From Candidatus Melainabacteria bacterium 17Bon1m (lineage in GTDB: Bacteria > Cyanobacteriota > Vampirovibrionia > Obscuribacterales > Obscuribacteraceae), in assembly GCA_032128875.1 (NCBI GenBank), contig JAVLKG010000009.1, positions 128,001 to 192,000 on the forward strand: a DNA stretch of 64,000 nucleotides, given 5' to 3'. A program made the position numbers and the translations under genes. A model generated the notes under the pieces. It was not told the origin of the DNA, did not search any database, and worked only from the letters and a program-made list of their open reading frames with translations. Below, piece by piece: positions 36,982 to 47,790 of this stretch; position 1 is the stretch's first letter, and each line of letters opens with the position of its first letter.

Positions 36982-38985
36982 ATGAATACAAAAATAAAGG
37001 CGAAGTTCTTTCTTCCTTTGGCTTTTGCCCTGCTTTCCGTCTTTGCAGTTCTGGCGCCTGATCCCAATTTTCAAACAGCGCAATCAGCCCGCGCCGCCTC
37101 GTCCGAGGGTGCCAAGCACACAACATTACGCATGGTCGCGGATGTTAAGGAAGTGGTCCCCGGATCAACATTCATGCTCGGAGTCGAGCTGACCATGCAG
37201 CCTGGATGGCACACGTATTACAAAGAATCCGGCGATGCAGGCATGCCGACTTCAATCGAATGGGTGTTGCCGCCAGGCTATAAGGCCGGCGAACTTCTCT
37301 GGCAAAAGCCACACAAGTTTGATGACGGCGGCATTGTCACATACGGGTATGCAGACAAAACAGTAATTGCTGCCAAAGTCACCGCACCGGATACGATACC
37401 GGACGGAGAACAGAAACTAGTCGCAAAAGTAAAATGGTTAGAGTGCAAAGAACTTTGCATTCCCGGTTCTGGCGAAACTTCCATGAGCCTGCCGGCAGGT
37501 AAGAAAGGCGCTACTGCCGCTCCTGGCGACACTGACCTGTTTAAGGATAGCGGATTTGATGGAAAGGTCTCTGACATAACAGCGGAATCGCATGGCACTG
37601 CTGGTGGTGACGGCGGAAGCACCTCTACTGGTTCTTCCGGCACGACCGCACAAAATTCCAGTGCCGGTAGCATTCTCGATCGCAACCTGACACCCGCTGA
37701 TACGGGTGGAACCATGCCGCCTTATATGTATTTCGCGCTGGCTGTTCTCGGTGGTTTTATCCTCAACTTCATGCCCTGTGTCTTGCCTGTAATCGCGATC
37801 AAAATCATTAGCTTGATGGAGCAAGTCGACGATGAGCCAGGTCGCGTTCGTCTACAAGGTCTCGTTTTTGCTGCCGGTATACTCTCTTCTTTCCTAGTCT
37901 TAGGCGGTGTTGTACTGGCAGCCCGTGAGGCTGGACAGTCAGTAGGCTGGGGATTTCAAATGCAGTACCCGCCATTCGTAATCGCGATGGCGACTATCAT
38001 CATGATTTTCTCGCTTAGCTTATTTGGACTCTTCTACGTCACCGTCAATCCGGGGCAAGCTCAAATCGACAAACTTGCCAGCAAGGAAGGACTGACTGGA
38101 ACCTTCTTCAAAGGCGTTCTGGCGACTGTTCTTTCTACGCCCTGTACCGCGCCTGCGCTGGGACCGGCAGTCGGTTTTGCATTTGCGCAATCGCCCATTG
38201 TTATTCTCGGAATCTTTGAAGCCGTGGGTTTGGGAATGTCTTTGCCTTACCTGCTGCTTACTATCAATCCAAACTGGTTGCGCTTTATTCCAAAACCAGG
38301 CGTATGGATGGAAAAGTTCAAAGAAGCCATGGGATTCGTCCTTCTTGCCACCGTCGCCTGGCTGTTAAGTGTCGTTGGTGCACAAGTGGGAGCTAGCGGA
38401 GTTCAATCGGTTGGCTTTTTTCTTACTGGTATCGCTTTTGCAGTTTGGGTTTCTGCTCGATTCACTGACTTGTCTTCAACTACTCAGCGAAAGGCAGTTG
38501 TATGGTCGATTTCAGGTGTTATTTCGGCGGTTTGCTTGTATGTCTTCGTTCTTTCGCGTCCAGACCTGATGGGTAATGTGCCTTCAGAACCTGCGACAGC
38601 CAAAACCGCTGTCACTGAGTCTGGTATCACCTGGCTGCCGTTCAGCATTGATGATTTGGACAAGAATATTGCAGCGAACAAGACTATTCTTCTGGATTTC
38701 ACCGCAGACTGGTGTCTCACTTGCAAAGTCAACGAGAAGACAGTACTAGACAGTGCTCCGGTTGTTGAGCAGCTTAAAGCACTGAATGTGGTGACAATGA
38801 AAGCTGACTGGACTCGAAGAGATGAAACCATCTCTAAGCTGCTTCAGAAATTTCAACGCTCCGGAGTGCCGCTCTATGTGGTCTTTCCAGCAGGCAAAGG
38901 ATCGTCGCCTATCGTTCTTCCTGAAGTAATCACGCCTCAACTTGTCGTAGACAAATTGAAAGAAGCAGGTCCAAGCAAAGGTTAA
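36982..38985 (+). CDS. dsbD: Thiol:disulfide interchange protein DsbD
   Basis: N-domain 'GWHTYY..WLECKELC', TM domain 'LNFMPCVLP' and 'STPCTAP', thioredoxin 'DFTADWCLTCKVNE'. Confidence 0.92.
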   Translation: MNTKIKAKFFLPLAFALLSVFAVLAPDPNFQTAQSARAASSEGAKHTTLRMVADVKEVVPGSTFMLGVELTMQPGWHTYYKESGDAGMPTSIEWVLPPGYKAGELLWQKPHKFDDGGIVTYGYADKTVIAAKVTAPDTIPDGEQKLVAKVKWLECKELCIPGSGETSMSLPAGKKGATAAPGDTDLFKDSGFDGKVSDITAESHGTAGGDGGSTSTGSSGTTAQNSSAGSILDRNLTPADTGGTMPPYMYFALAVLGGFILNFMPCVLPVIAIKIISLMEQVDDEPGRVRLQGLVFAAGILSSFLVLGGVVLAAREAGQSVGWGFQMQYPPFVIAMATIIMIFSLSLFGLFYVTVNPGQAQIDKLASKEGLTGTFFKGVLATVLSTPCTAPALGPAVGFAFAQSPIVILGIFEAVGLGMSLPYLLLTINPNWLRFIPKPGVWMEKFKEAMGFVLLATVAWLLSVVGAQVGASGVQSVGFFLTGIAFAVWVSARFTDLSSTTQRKAVVWSISGVISAVCLYVFVLSRPDLMGNVPSEPATAKTAVTESGITWLPFSIDDLDKNIAANKTILLDFTADWCLTCKVNEKTVLDSAPVVEQLKALNVVTMKADWTRRDETISKLLQKFQRSGVPLYVVFPAGKGSSPIVLPEVITPQLVVDKLKEAGPSKG

Positions 38986-39446
38986 AGCTTGGAGATTTCT
39001 TCCAGCACTTTTGCGTTTTCCGGCATGCCTTCATGAACGTATTGAATGATGCCGTTCTTGTCGATAAGGAAAAGCACGCGGCTTGCTGTATTTTTGTCTT
39101 CTGCAACAACGCCGTATTTGCGACCAACTTCATGAGTGTGGTCGGCGAGCAGGTGCTGTTTCAAATTGAACTTGGCAGCAAAGCCTTCGTGACTCTTCAC
39201 CGAATCTGTTGATACACCGAAGACGACAGTGTCTGCGCTTTCAAACTTAGAATAGTCTTCAGTGATGGCGCACATTTCTTTTGTGCATCCTGGTGTGTTG
39301 TCTTTCGGATAGAAAGCCAGCACGACATTCTTTTTTCCGAGGTAGTCGGAAAGGCTGATTTTGCCTTCGGGAAATGCTTCACAGGTAAAATCTGGTGCCT
39401 TTTCGCCAACGCGAGGCAATGCGACAGCTTCTCTTGGTGACGTCAT
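38982..39446 (-). CDS. bcp: Peroxiredoxin BCP/PrxQ
   Basis: 'VLAFYPKDNTPGCTKEMC', 'GVSTD'. Confidence 0.9.
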   Translation of the reverse strand: MTSPREAVALPRVGEKAPDFTCEAFPEGKISLSDYLGKKNVVLAFYPKDNTPGCTKEMCAITEDYSKFESADTVVFGVSTDSVKSHEGFAAKFNLKQHLLADHTHEVGRKYGVVAEDKNTASRVLFLIDKNGIIQYVHEGMPENAKVLEEISKL

Positions 39447-39603
39447 AGCTAAATCCCTCTCTTTCTAGGATTGAAAGGCATAATTGTTGCACTGTCACAT
39501 AGTTGGCGCGCGATTATTTAATGTCGAAGAGACTAATGGTTACCGAAAACTTCAGCGAGGTTTTGCGGATTCACTGTTCCGAAGATGTTGGAACTTCTAA
39601 AGC

Positions 39604-39633
39604 AAGAAGCTTCCGCAAATGCAGAAGCTTCTT
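39604..39633 (-). terminator. Hairpin downstream of the Roadblock-domain gene
   Basis: AAGAAGCTTC ... GAAGCTTCTT. Confidence 0.5.
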
Positions 39634-39656
39634 TGAGGCTTTGGATTTCGATTTGA

Positions 39657-42035
39657 TTAACCGTTGATGGTTTCTTGAATTGCTTCGACGAGATTGTCGA
39701 GACCACCGACAGAGAATTGATCTGCAAACACCGCGAGGATGCCGACATCAACGTCGGTGAGGATTGTAACCTTGAGCTCGCCCTTCAAATCAGTGAGCAA
39801 GACCATCTGTCTCAACTTGCCGATTTCGAGCTTGTTGGTGCCGAGGTTACTGGTGCTGAGCAGTGCAGTAGAAAGCACGCCCAACGTGTCTTTATCCATG
39901 TCTGAGCGGGTCGAGGCGGCAATCACGAGACCGTCGTGACCGACAATCAAACTGCCGTAAACGTTAGGGAAAGTGTCGATGTGATTCAACAACGCTTGAA
40001 TGCCTTCACCACGCGCAGCGCTGATGACTCTTGCGGTGGCAAGATTCGCACCGATGGTTCTTTGCTCTTCTTCTGCTTTGATGATGCTTTCCACAACGGA
40101 AACATCGAGAAGCAGCTTGCCGACAGTCTTCATGGTGCCGACGGAATCAGCCCCTGTTGTCGGCTCGGCTGCAGACTTGTTGGAAAGGCGTCCAAACTCT
40201 TTGAGTTGATTGGGCTTAGTCGGCTTGCCATCAGGACCTACAGGTGGGGTCGCAGCTTCTTGCATGGCATTGAGATCCGGCTTGGCAAACATTGCTGTTT
40301 CTTTGACCGGCTTGGCAAGATCGTTCGGCAACGGAGTTGCTGCAGCGGCAGCTGCGGCTGCGGCGGCTGCTGCTTCTTTCTGCGCTACAACTTCCAATTC
40401 ACCAGTATCGGTGACAGGTTTTGCTTTTCCTGTTCCTACTTCTCTTAGAGCTTCTTCTGGTGCTAGATTCGAGAAGATCTCTTCGATGTCCTGGTCAACG
40501 CCGTGTTCGAAGAGAGGCTTGTCTTCATCTTCGTCGTCGTCAAGTCTCCGCGACGGCAATGTCTTTTCTGCTTTTTCTTCAGTCTTGGCTGCTGGTTCGA
40601 ATGAAATGTCTTTTCCAGCACCGGACTCGCGGGCCTTGGCAAAGATTGCATCGATATCGGCAGCTTCTTCCTCTTCTTCTTTCTTCTTCGCAGCGGGCGC
40701 GGAGCCTACTTCGCGAAGAGCCTCTTCAGGAGCGAGGTTTTTAAAGATGTCGTCGACATCACTGTCGAGATTTTCGTCGAAGAGCGGTTTGTCCTCGTCT
40801 TCGTCATCATCGAGGCGACGCGAAACAGGTTCGGGCTTGGGCTCGGGTTTTGGTTCCGGCTTCGGCTCGGGTTTCGGTTCCGGCTTCGGCTCAGGTTTTG
40901 GTTCCGGCTTGGGCTCTGGTTTTGGTTCCGGCTTGGGCTCAGGTTTTGGTTCCGGCTTGGGCTCGGGTTTTGGCTCCGGCTTGGGCTCGGGTTTCGGTTC
41001 AGGTTTCGGCTCCGGTTTGAACTCAAAGCGTTCCGGCTCTGGCTTGGGTTCTGGCTTCGCCTCTGCTTTTGGTTCTGGCGCTTCCAGGCTCGGCATCTGG
41101 TTTTTGGTGATGGCGCCCATCAAGCGCGAACCAAGATCCATATGCGAGCTGCTGCTCGCAGGCTCTGCTGCTGCTGCCGTCGGCTCTGGCGGAATTTCCT
41201 CGGCAACACCTTGGTCGCTTTCCATTTGGGTAAGCGGTTCGTCCATAATCGAAAGCGGCTCATCATCTAGTCTGTCGAGGATGTCCTTCAAACTTTCTTG
41301 ATTTGCTGCTTCGTCTTCCGGGCGATGGCCACCGGTACCACTGGCGCTCAGCGCCTGCAGTTTGGTAAATGTGCTGGTGCTTTTTCTCTTCTGTGCTTGC
41401 AATCGAGTTGCTGTAGCAGAAGCGGCGGATCTTCTCTCGTCGTCGATTTCTTGAACGGGAGATTTCGCTGGTGGTTCTGGCTTTGCTGGCGGCTTTTCTT
41501 CTTCAGCATCTAACTTGTCCAGAATTCCGCGCAGCTTGGTAGACGACGTCGCGGCTTTCGCCTTGGTCTTTCCGAGTTTGATTGCGCCTTTCGATTCGGA
41601 TTGTTCTTGAACAGACTCTTCTTCGCCCGTGTCAGTACCTGCCGAATAAACCGACAATGGCTCGAGCCTAAAAAGGGCGACGGCGGCACCGATACCAAAC
41701 ACAGAGCTTACGACGAGCGGCACGACAGGCAACGTGAGCTTCATTGGCGCTACAAAAGCAAAGTGCCCGCCAATTGCAACTCCCAGTGCAGACAAAACGA
41801 GTATGGATACAAAACCTACGCCTGCAACCTGAAGTAATTGGTTGAGGCGTCCATTCTCAAAACATATACGGCTGAAAAGCAACGCAGCGCCGAGCTGTGC
41901 AAGCACCAGTGTCGCGGCGTTGACGCTGAAGGTCAAATCTTTCCAGGGCGACTGTGTGCCTCCGAAAGTTAGAAGGAGGGCAAGCACGATGGCTGCGCTG
42001 AACCAAATCCAATTTCGAACGACCAGTTTGTACAT
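39657..42035 (-). CDS. Membrane protein with a long acidic/proline-rich linker and a C-terminal Roadblock/LC7 (MglB-like) domain
   Basis: About 4 N-terminal TMs; (KPEP)16; C-terminal '[19 protein letters not shown]...LGVLSTAL...GKLRQMVL...GILAVFA'. Confidence 0.8.
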   Translation of the reverse strand: MYKLVVRNWIWFSAAIVLALLLTFGGTQSPWKDLTFSVNAATLVLAQLGAALLFSRICFENGRLNQLLQVAGVGFVSILVLSALGVAIGGHFAFVAPMKLTLPVVPLVVSSVFGIGAAVALFRLEPLSVYSAGTDTGEEESVQEQSESKGAIKLGKTKAKAATSSTKLRGILDKLDAEEEKPPAKPEPPAKSPVQEIDDERRSAASATATRLQAQKRKSTSTFTKLQALSASGTGGHRPEDEAANQESLKDILDRLDDEPLSIMDEPLTQMESDQGVAEEIPPEPTAAAAEPASSSSHMDLGSRLMGAITKNQMPSLEAPEPKAEAKPEPKPEPERFEFKPEPKPEPKPEPKPEPKPEPKPEPKPEPKPEPKPEPKPEPKPEPKPEPKPEPKPEPKPEPKPEPVSRRLDDDEDEDKPLFDENLDSDVDDIFKNLAPEEALREVGSAPAAKKKEEEEEAADIDAIFAKARESGAGKDISFEPAAKTEEKAEKTLPSRRLDDDEDEDKPLFEHGVDQDIEEIFSNLAPEEALREVGTGKAKPVTDTGELEVVAQKEAAAAAAAAAAAATPLPNDLAKPVKETAMFAKPDLNAMQEAATPPVGPDGKPTKPNQLKEFGRLSNKSAAEPTTGADSVGTMKTVGKLLLDVSVVESIIKAEEEQRTIGANLATARVISAARGEGIQALLNHIDTFPNVYGSLIVGHDGLVIAASTRSDMDKDTLGVLSTALLSTSNLGTNKLEIGKLRQMVLLTDLKGELKVTILTDVDVGILAVFADQFSVGGLDNLVEAIQETING
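40827..41018 (-). repeat. Coding 12-bp tandem repeat, (KPEP)16
   Basis: 192 bp of 12-bp units with synonymous variation. Confidence 0.9.
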
Positions 42036-42161
42036 TTAAAAGATCGGTCCTTGAGATCTATATAAAAAACTAAGTTCAATATACCCTGTCACACAGGGTT
42101 TACGGTGCAAACTGAACAGGTTTGAAGACCGAAATCGCCCCTTGAAAGCGCTGTTTCGTTA

Positions 42162-42614
42162 TTATCTGTCGCTGTCGCTACGATTATGCCTCTTGCGAGA
42201 GCCTGTGTGCGAGGCGCTCAGCACGATAAGGGCTTTTGCGACGGAAATTGCCGATACGTTGACGGTCAACAAAAATACCCAATTTATGTTCAAAACCGGC
42301 GCCTGTGAGCCTGGGCGCAGTCGTATGGAAGTGAACACAGCGTCGTTTACGAGATGTGTAAGCCCGGCGGTCGCACCGGCGAGTGCCAGAATGACAAGAG
42401 ATAATTTGATGACTTGAATGGGCGAGGCTTCACCGTAGAAAAGAACGGCGGCAGCCAGGCTGGCACCGACTTCGATGACTAGAAGCGGCAGCAGAGGCAC
42501 TTCCAAACAATTGGCATGGAAAACCTTGGGCAGCCCGTAGTTCAGCCCGATGACAAACAAGATAAGCGCCGCCAAAAGCGGCCAAGACGTCCGTATAGTC
42601 AGACGATACATCAA
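42162..42614 (-). CDS. Hypothetical small membrane protein
   Basis: About 4 hydrophobic segments; directly downstream of pheT on the same strand. Confidence 0.5.
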   Translation of the reverse strand: MMYRLTIRTSWPLLAALILFVIGLNYGLPKVFHANCLEVPLLPLLVIEVGASLAAAVLFYGEASPIQVIKLSLVILALAGATAGLTHLVNDAVFTSIRLRPGSQAPVLNINWVFLLTVNVSAISVAKALIVLSASHTGSRKRHNRSDSDR

Positions 42615-42638
42615 AACTCCACGCAGAAATCTACGTTA

Positions 42639-45233
42639 TTACAGCCTGAATGAAGCGCCTAGCCTGGACTGCAGACTTTCTCTGATTTTTGCCAGACGCT
42701 TGTCGACCTCTTCGGTGGACAATGGCTCCTGATCGCCGGAGAAAAGCAGTCGATAAGAAAGGCTTTTCTTACCGTCGCTAAGCTGGAACAAGCTGACTAG
42801 ATCGACCTGCTTGAGGGTACCTCCTGCAGCTGATCGAATACAAGATTCTACAGAAGCGTGGTCGAGAGCCACATCCACATCTGCGGTCAGATCGCGAGAG
42901 AGTGGCTGGGTCGAAGGCAATTGCGAGAATGTCGGCGCTACTGTCAATTTCTGTATCTGATCGATATCCAGTTCGAATACAGCTGCGCGCTCGGTGAATT
43001 TTAAGCTGTCGGTAAACCCTGGATGCAATTCGGCGACGAAGCCGAGCCTGACTACTTGTGCCTCAGGAGCGTTGGCTGTGACGTTTGGATTTTTCGACCA
43101 GATGATCTCGCAGGCTCTAAAAGGATGCAGACATCCAGGCAAACGATTGGAATGGAAGAATTTGACGCGCGCTAAATCAACGCCGGCCTGCAATAGCAGT
43201 TGCTCGACGACACCTTTGGCGCGATAGAAGTCATGCGATTCTTCAGCCACCGTTTCATACTTGGCTGCGGCATCAGGCGCTGCAGTTGGTTTTGTCTGCC
43301 ACAAGCTGGAGGAGCGTTTGCCCATGAGCAAACCGGCAACCTTGGTGCGCTCTTCCACGCCCGTTTCGCCACGCTCTTGCTTCACCTCTTTTGCATCTTT
43401 TTTCAGATAAATGCGTCCAATTTCAAAGAGAAAAACATCTTTGTTGCCGTGGTCGTAGTTGTAGGCAGCAGTCTGGGTTAGACCAGGTATCAAGCTCTGG
43501 CGCAATACTTCGTGGTCTTCTGAAAGCGGATTGAGCACTGCAACCAGTCGCTCTTCATTTTCGAGAGTAGCTAAACCATGCGGATTATCTTCTCCTTTTT
43601 TGCTCTCGCTGCGCACCAAACTTGATATCCAAGCTTCGCTCAAGCCTGATGCCAAAAGCGATCGCTTGATTTTGTTGAGCGTTTGGTTCGGCGCTTGCGG
43701 CGGAATCGTGTTGGTCGGCATTACGCTGGGCAATTTGTCAAAGCCGTAAATACGAGCGATTTCTTCTATCACGTCTATTTCGCGTGTCACGTCGGCAGAC
43801 CTGAAACTGGGCACTTTGACGGACAACTGATCGCCTTTTGCTTCATATCCGAAGCCGAGCGGCTCGATGAGTTTGCCCGCTGCATCTGCTGTCAAATCAA
43901 TATCCAGCAGTTTTTTAACTCTGGGCATGCGCACCGATACGACGGTTTTCTCAACTGTCTCTTTGCCCGACTTTGCCATCTCCGCAAAGCCTGCACCGTC
44001 TTTAGTGGCGCTGCAATATTGCATTATCAGACTGGCAGCCCTGTCAGAAGCTGCGATAACGGACTCTACATCAACGCCTCGCTCGAATCTCAGGCTGCTG
44101 TCGCTGGACAATCCGAGCAGTCTGCTTCCTCTACGCACGCGCGCTTGCGAGAATGCTGCCGCTTCAAGAGCAATGGTATGAGTGTCGTCGGAAATCTCAG
44201 AACCTTTGCCGCCCATGACTCCTGCGACACCGAGTACTTCATTTTCGCCGGCGATTACAAGAACTTCGTCTGTGAGTTTTTGCTCTCTTTCGTTGATGGT
44301 GACGAGGGTTTCACCGGCCTTGGCGCGGCGAGCCTGTATAACTTTGCTCTTTAGTTTGGAAACATCGTAAGCGTGCAGAGGCTGGCCCATTTCATGCATC
44401 ACATAGTTGGTGATGTCGACGATATTGTTGACTGAACGCACGCCGATTGCTTCCAACTTGCGAACAATTTCTTGAGGTGACGGACCGACCTTCAACCCTT
44501 CTATATAACGGATGGTGAGAAGGGGGCAATCTTCTTCACTTTCAATACGGGTAGTTATGGCTTGCTCAGGCTTGATTAGCTTGCCGTGTTTGCTCAGATC
44601 CGCAATTGCGACTTTCATTGGGCGACCCGTCAAAGCAGCAACCTCGCGCGCCAGTCCGATTACAGACAGTGCGTCGCCTCTGTTCGAGCGAGAACCTACG
44701 TTGAGAACGGAGTCCGAACTGAGTTCTAAAACTTCTTTTGCATCGGCACCAATCTTGATGCCATTGCCTTTGATCAAGATCTCTTCCAGGTCGGACAGAA
44801 TGAGAATTCCGTCGACATCAAAGCCTTGCAGTCCCAGTTCTGAAGGCGAGCAGAGCATGCCGTTTGAAGTGACACCACGAATTTCGGAACGCTTGATCGG
44901 AAGTGGGCTGCCGTCCTTTCTATTAATTACGATTGCACCTGGAAGTGCCACCGGAATAATATGTCCAACTTCTATATTCGACGCGCCGCAAACAATCTCG
45001 ACCGGCTCTGCGTCCTCTTTGAGAAGCACTTTAGTCAGGCGAATTTTGTCGGCATTAGGATGCTGGTGAATTTCGAGAATTTTTCCGACTACCAGAGGGC
45101 CTGTAATGTTGGCACCAACGGTGTGAATGTCTTCCACCTCGAAAGCGTTCATTGTCAGCTTTTCAGCTACTTCTTCAGGCGAAATCCCTGAGAGATCGAC
45201 AAATTCACTCAACCATTTGTATGAAAGCTTCAT
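42639..45233 (-). CDS. pheT: Phenylalanine--tRNA ligase beta subunit
   Basis: 'MKLSYKWLSEFV', 'HPNADK', 'IVCGASN', 'VDITNYVM.E.GQPLHAYD', 'RFERGVD', FDX-ACB C-terminus. Confidence 0.97.
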   Translation of the reverse strand: MKLSYKWLSEFVDLSGISPEEVAEKLTMNAFEVEDIHTVGANITGPLVVGKILEIHQHPNADKIRLTKVLLKEDAEPVEIVCGASNIEVGHIIPVALPGAIVINRKDGSPLPIKRSEIRGVTSNGMLCSPSELGLQGFDVDGILILSDLEEILIKGNGIKIGADAKEVLELSSDSVLNVGSRSNRGDALSVIGLAREVAALTGRPMKVAIADLSKHGKLIKPEQAITTRIESEEDCPLLTIRYIEGLKVGPSPQEIVRKLEAIGVRSVNNIVDITNYVMHEMGQPLHAYDVSKLKSKVIQARRAKAGETLVTINEREQKLTDEVLVIAGENEVLGVAGVMGGKGSEISDDTHTIALEAAAFSQARVRRGSRLLGLSSDSSLRFERGVDVESVIAASDRAASLIMQYCSATKDGAGFAEMAKSGKETVEKTVVSVRMPRVKKLLDIDLTADAAGKLIEPLGFGYEAKGDQLSVKVPSFRSADVTREIDVIEEIARIYGFDKLPSVMPTNTIPPQAPNQTLNKIKRSLLASGLSEAWISSLVRSESKKGEDNPHGLATLENEERLVAVLNPLSEDHEVLRQSLIPGLTQTAAYNYDHGNKDVFLFEIGRIYLKKDAKEVKQERGETGVEERTKVAGLLMGKRSSSLWQTKPTAAPDAAAKYETVAEESHDFYRAKGVVEQLLLQAGVDLARVKFFHSNRLPGCLHPFRACEIIWSKNPNVTANAPEAQVVRLGFVAELHPGFTDSLKFTERAAVFELDIDQIQKLTVAPTFSQLPSTQPLSRDLTADVDVALDHASVESCIRSAAGGTLKQVDLVSLFQLSDGKKSLSYRLLFSGDQEPLSTEEVDKRLAKIRESLQSRLGASFRL

Positions 45234-45330
45234 TGCGGTAACGCCCTTTGTGTCCTTTGAAATCTTGAGATTTAGCTGGTTTGAGATGTATTTCGTGTAT
45301 CGAGTGCGACAACTGTCGGCTCGATTGTTT

Positions 45331-46371
45331 TTAGAATTGGCTCAGGAATTTCACGTCATTGGTGAAGAAATTGCGGATGTCTGTGACACCGTATTTCAGC
45401 ATTGCCAGCCGCTCAACGCCCATACCGAATGCGAAGCCGCTCCATTCTTCCGGATCAATTCCGACCGCTTGCAAAACATTAGGGTCGACCAATCCGCAAC
45501 CCAAAAGTTCTAACCACCCGCGGTGACCGCAAGTGCGGCAACCACTGCCCATGCAAAACGGGCATTGGCTGTCCAATTCAGCAGATGGCTCTGTGAATGG
45601 AAAGAAGTCGGGGCGAAGTCTGGTTTTGAGAGGCTTGCCGAAAAGCAAACGGATAAACTCATTGAGAGTCGCGCTCAGTTGTCCGAAGGTAACATCCTTA
45701 TCGATAAGCAAGCCTTCGACCTGGTGAAATAGCGGGTATTTGCGAGCGTTGACTTCTTCGTTGCGATAAACGCGTCCGGGAGAAATGATTTTCAACGGCG
45801 GCTTTTTATTTTCCATGACACGAATTTGCACTGTCGAGGTTTGACTGCGCAAAAGTACTTGCGGTCCGACGTTGGTATAGAACGTGTCTTGCTCATCTCT
45901 GGCCGGGTGACTGAGCGGTGTATTCAAAGCATCGAAATTGTAATAGTCGGTCTCGACTTCCGGACCTTCGGCAACTTCGTAACCCATGCCGTAAAAAATG
46001 CTGATGATTTCTTCTGTGACTTGAGTGAGCGGATGCAGGTGCCCCTGGGCGATTGCGCGTCCAGGCAAAGTCACATCGATGCCTTCGTCTTTGAGGCGAG
46101 CGTCCAGTTCACTCCTGTAAAGCGTGTTCTTTTGCTTTTCCAGAGCGCCTTCTACTTCTTGCTTTATCTCGTTCGCCAGTTGTCCAATGCGCGGACGGGC
46201 AGCTTTATCGATGTTCGAAAGCCCTCGCATAATGGTGCTTAGCGAGCCTTTCTGCCCGAGATACAGCAGCCTCAATTCTTCCAAAGCGGCTGAAGTTTGT
46301 GCCTGGGTAAAATCTGCCAGGGCTTTATCCTTCAGTTCTTTCAGCTCTTTTTCTAAATTTTCAACACTCAT
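45331..46371 (-). CDS. pheS: Phenylalanine--tRNA ligase alpha subunit
   Basis: 'HPARDEQDTFY', 'SPGRVYR', 'FHQVEGL', 'FFPFTEPS', 'GFAFGMGVERL'. Start at ATG 46371. Confidence 0.97.
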   Translation of the reverse strand: MSVENLEKELKELKDKALADFTQAQTSAALEELRLLYLGQKGSLSTIMRGLSNIDKAARPRIGQLANEIKQEVEGALEKQKNTLYRSELDARLKDEGIDVTLPGRAIAQGHLHPLTQVTEEIISIFYGMGYEVAEGPEVETDYYNFDALNTPLSHPARDEQDTFYTNVGPQVLLRSQTSTVQIRVMENKKPPLKIISPGRVYRNEEVNARKYPLFHQVEGLLIDKDVTFGQLSATLNEFIRLLFGKPLKTRLRPDFFPFTEPSAELDSQCPFCMGSGCRTCGHRGWLELLGCGLVDPNVLQAVGIDPEEWSGFAFGMGVERLAMLKYGVTDIRNFFTNDVKFLSQF

Positions 46372-46825
46372 CAGATTCTTTGCAACCCTTCCAAAGCGCA
46401 ATCGCTGGATTGAGACTCGTCGCCAAGGCGCTCGCCTATCTCGCCGCACAGGCGCGCAATAACCGTCGCCCGGACAATTCTGCCAGCAGATTTCTAACAG
46501 TAACAGAACAGCATATAAGATTCTGAACATTGCCCGGCGGTCTTTGCGTTTCTACACTTGCGGCTCTCTGTCAGGCATTGATAGTGCTGCAAGCGTAAGA
46601 ATTGTCTCCTCTCGGCAGCGCTTGCAGCCAGCGCGGTGCCAGGCACGTGGCTTCATTGCCCAAAAAACTTATATGGCTGGAGCTTCCTTTCAAATGGCGT
46701 AAAATTCAATTAGAAGTGGCGCTGTAAAGAAAGCTAAATAGAGAATTTGGCTAAGAATGCGATAACAACGTGCAGTGCGCCCGAAAAACTAAACGGAATC
46801 CCTCACGACAATCAGGTCTAACCGC

Positions 46826-47302
46826 TTGGCTAGAACACGTTTCAGGAGAAAACCTGGATACACGATCCCGACTACGAGAGTGTCAGTAATCGTGATTTCG
46901 CCAGACAGAAAAATATTGTTGGTTCGCCACCGCAAGGGCAATCGGCAATATTGGGTATTGCCGGGCGGTCGGCTTGAATATGGCGAAACCTTTGCTGAGT
47001 GTGCGGTTCGGGAGATCAAAGAAGAGACTGGATTGGATGTTGAAGTGGTTCGCTTCCTTTTCCTGTCCGAAGCAATCGCCCCCGACCGCTCTAGGCACAT
47101 TGTCAATGTTTATTTAAAGGCAAAAGAGATAGGCGGCGTCATGAAAGTCGGCAATGAGCCGGTTCTTGCCGGGGTCGACTACATACCCATCGATGACCTT
47201 GAGAAAGTAACGCTCTTTCCGCCGGTCGCTGAGTACATTCTGAAAAACCTGTCACTCGGTGACCCGGACGGCATCGAGTACCTTGGCAATCTCTGGGTGT
47301 AG
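46826..47302 (+). CDS. NUDIX hydrolase
   Basis: Nudix box 'GGRLEYGETFAECAVREIKEETGL'. Confidence 0.92.
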   Translation: MARTRFRRKPGYTIPTTRVSVIVISPDRKILLVRHRKGNRQYWVLPGGRLEYGETFAECAVREIKEETGLDVEVVRFLFLSEAIAPDRSRHIVNVYLKAKEIGGVMKVGNEPVLAGVDYIPIDDLEKVTLFPPVAEYILKNLSLGDPDGIEYLGNLWV

Positions 47303-47458
47303 TAGAATATTGCGTCTATATGTCGGGACCGACGTTCTGTTTTGATGCATCCGCATCCAGCTCAGGTTCCCGGTGGCTATGCGCCAACACAGAGACCTAT
47401 CGACGCGCGCATTATGAGTTTTGTCTCAAATTGTCGCTTCAACCGCCTGGAGGAAAAA

Positions 47459-47605
47459 ATGGCACAGCAACGTGGAATGAAGCGAGCTGAAAAAGTACTG
47501 GCTCGCAAGCAAAAGAAAAGAGTTCAAGCTAAAGCAGCAAATATTCGCCGCGCCGAAAGACAGGCTGATGGTGTTGAGAAAGAAGAAGTGAAGGCTGAAG
47601 GCTAA
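47459..47605 (+). CDS. Small basic protein (48 aa), unknown function
   Basis: GGAGG-N5-ATG; MAQQRGMKRAEKVLARKQKKRVQAKAANIRRAERQADGVEKEEVKAEG; followed by an intrinsic terminator. Confidence 0.7.
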   Translation: MAQQRGMKRAEKVLARKQKKRVQAKAANIRRAERQADGVEKEEVKAEG

Positions 47606-47629
47606 ACTCGACTCTTCAACTGAGTTTTA

Positions 47630-47656
47630 GAAACCGCTCTTACCGGGCGGTTTTTT
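47630..47656 (+). terminator. Rho-independent terminator
   Basis: AAACCGCTC-TTACC-GGGCGGTTT followed by a T tract. Confidence 0.75.
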
Positions 47657-47669
47657 GTTGCGAATTTTT

Positions 47670-47790
47670 GTATGGGAGCCGCATGCGATTTCTTCATAAA
47701 AGGGGAGCCGTATACGGCTCCCTGCCAGGGACGCGCATGCGCGTCCCCTACGAGCGCATGTAAATGCGCGTCGCCTACGAGCGCATTTAC
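47670..47790. repeat. REP cluster with a 27-bp tandem duplication of the CTAC end
   Basis: GGGAGCCGTATACGGCTCCC and GGGACGCGCATGCGCGTCCCCTAC; ATGCGCGTC(C/G)CCTACGAGCGCAT.. at 47737 and 47764. Confidence 0.75.

Noticed and set aside
40210-41301. 363-aa plus-strand Gly/Ser-rich ORF (GSGF repeats)
   Set aside because: Antisense shadow of the KPEP-repeat gene.
46372-46530. N-terminal extension of pheS or a pheM-like attenuator peptide
   Set aside because: The extension is not PheS-like and not Phe-rich; no T-box or attenuator is evident. ATG 46371 is the better start.
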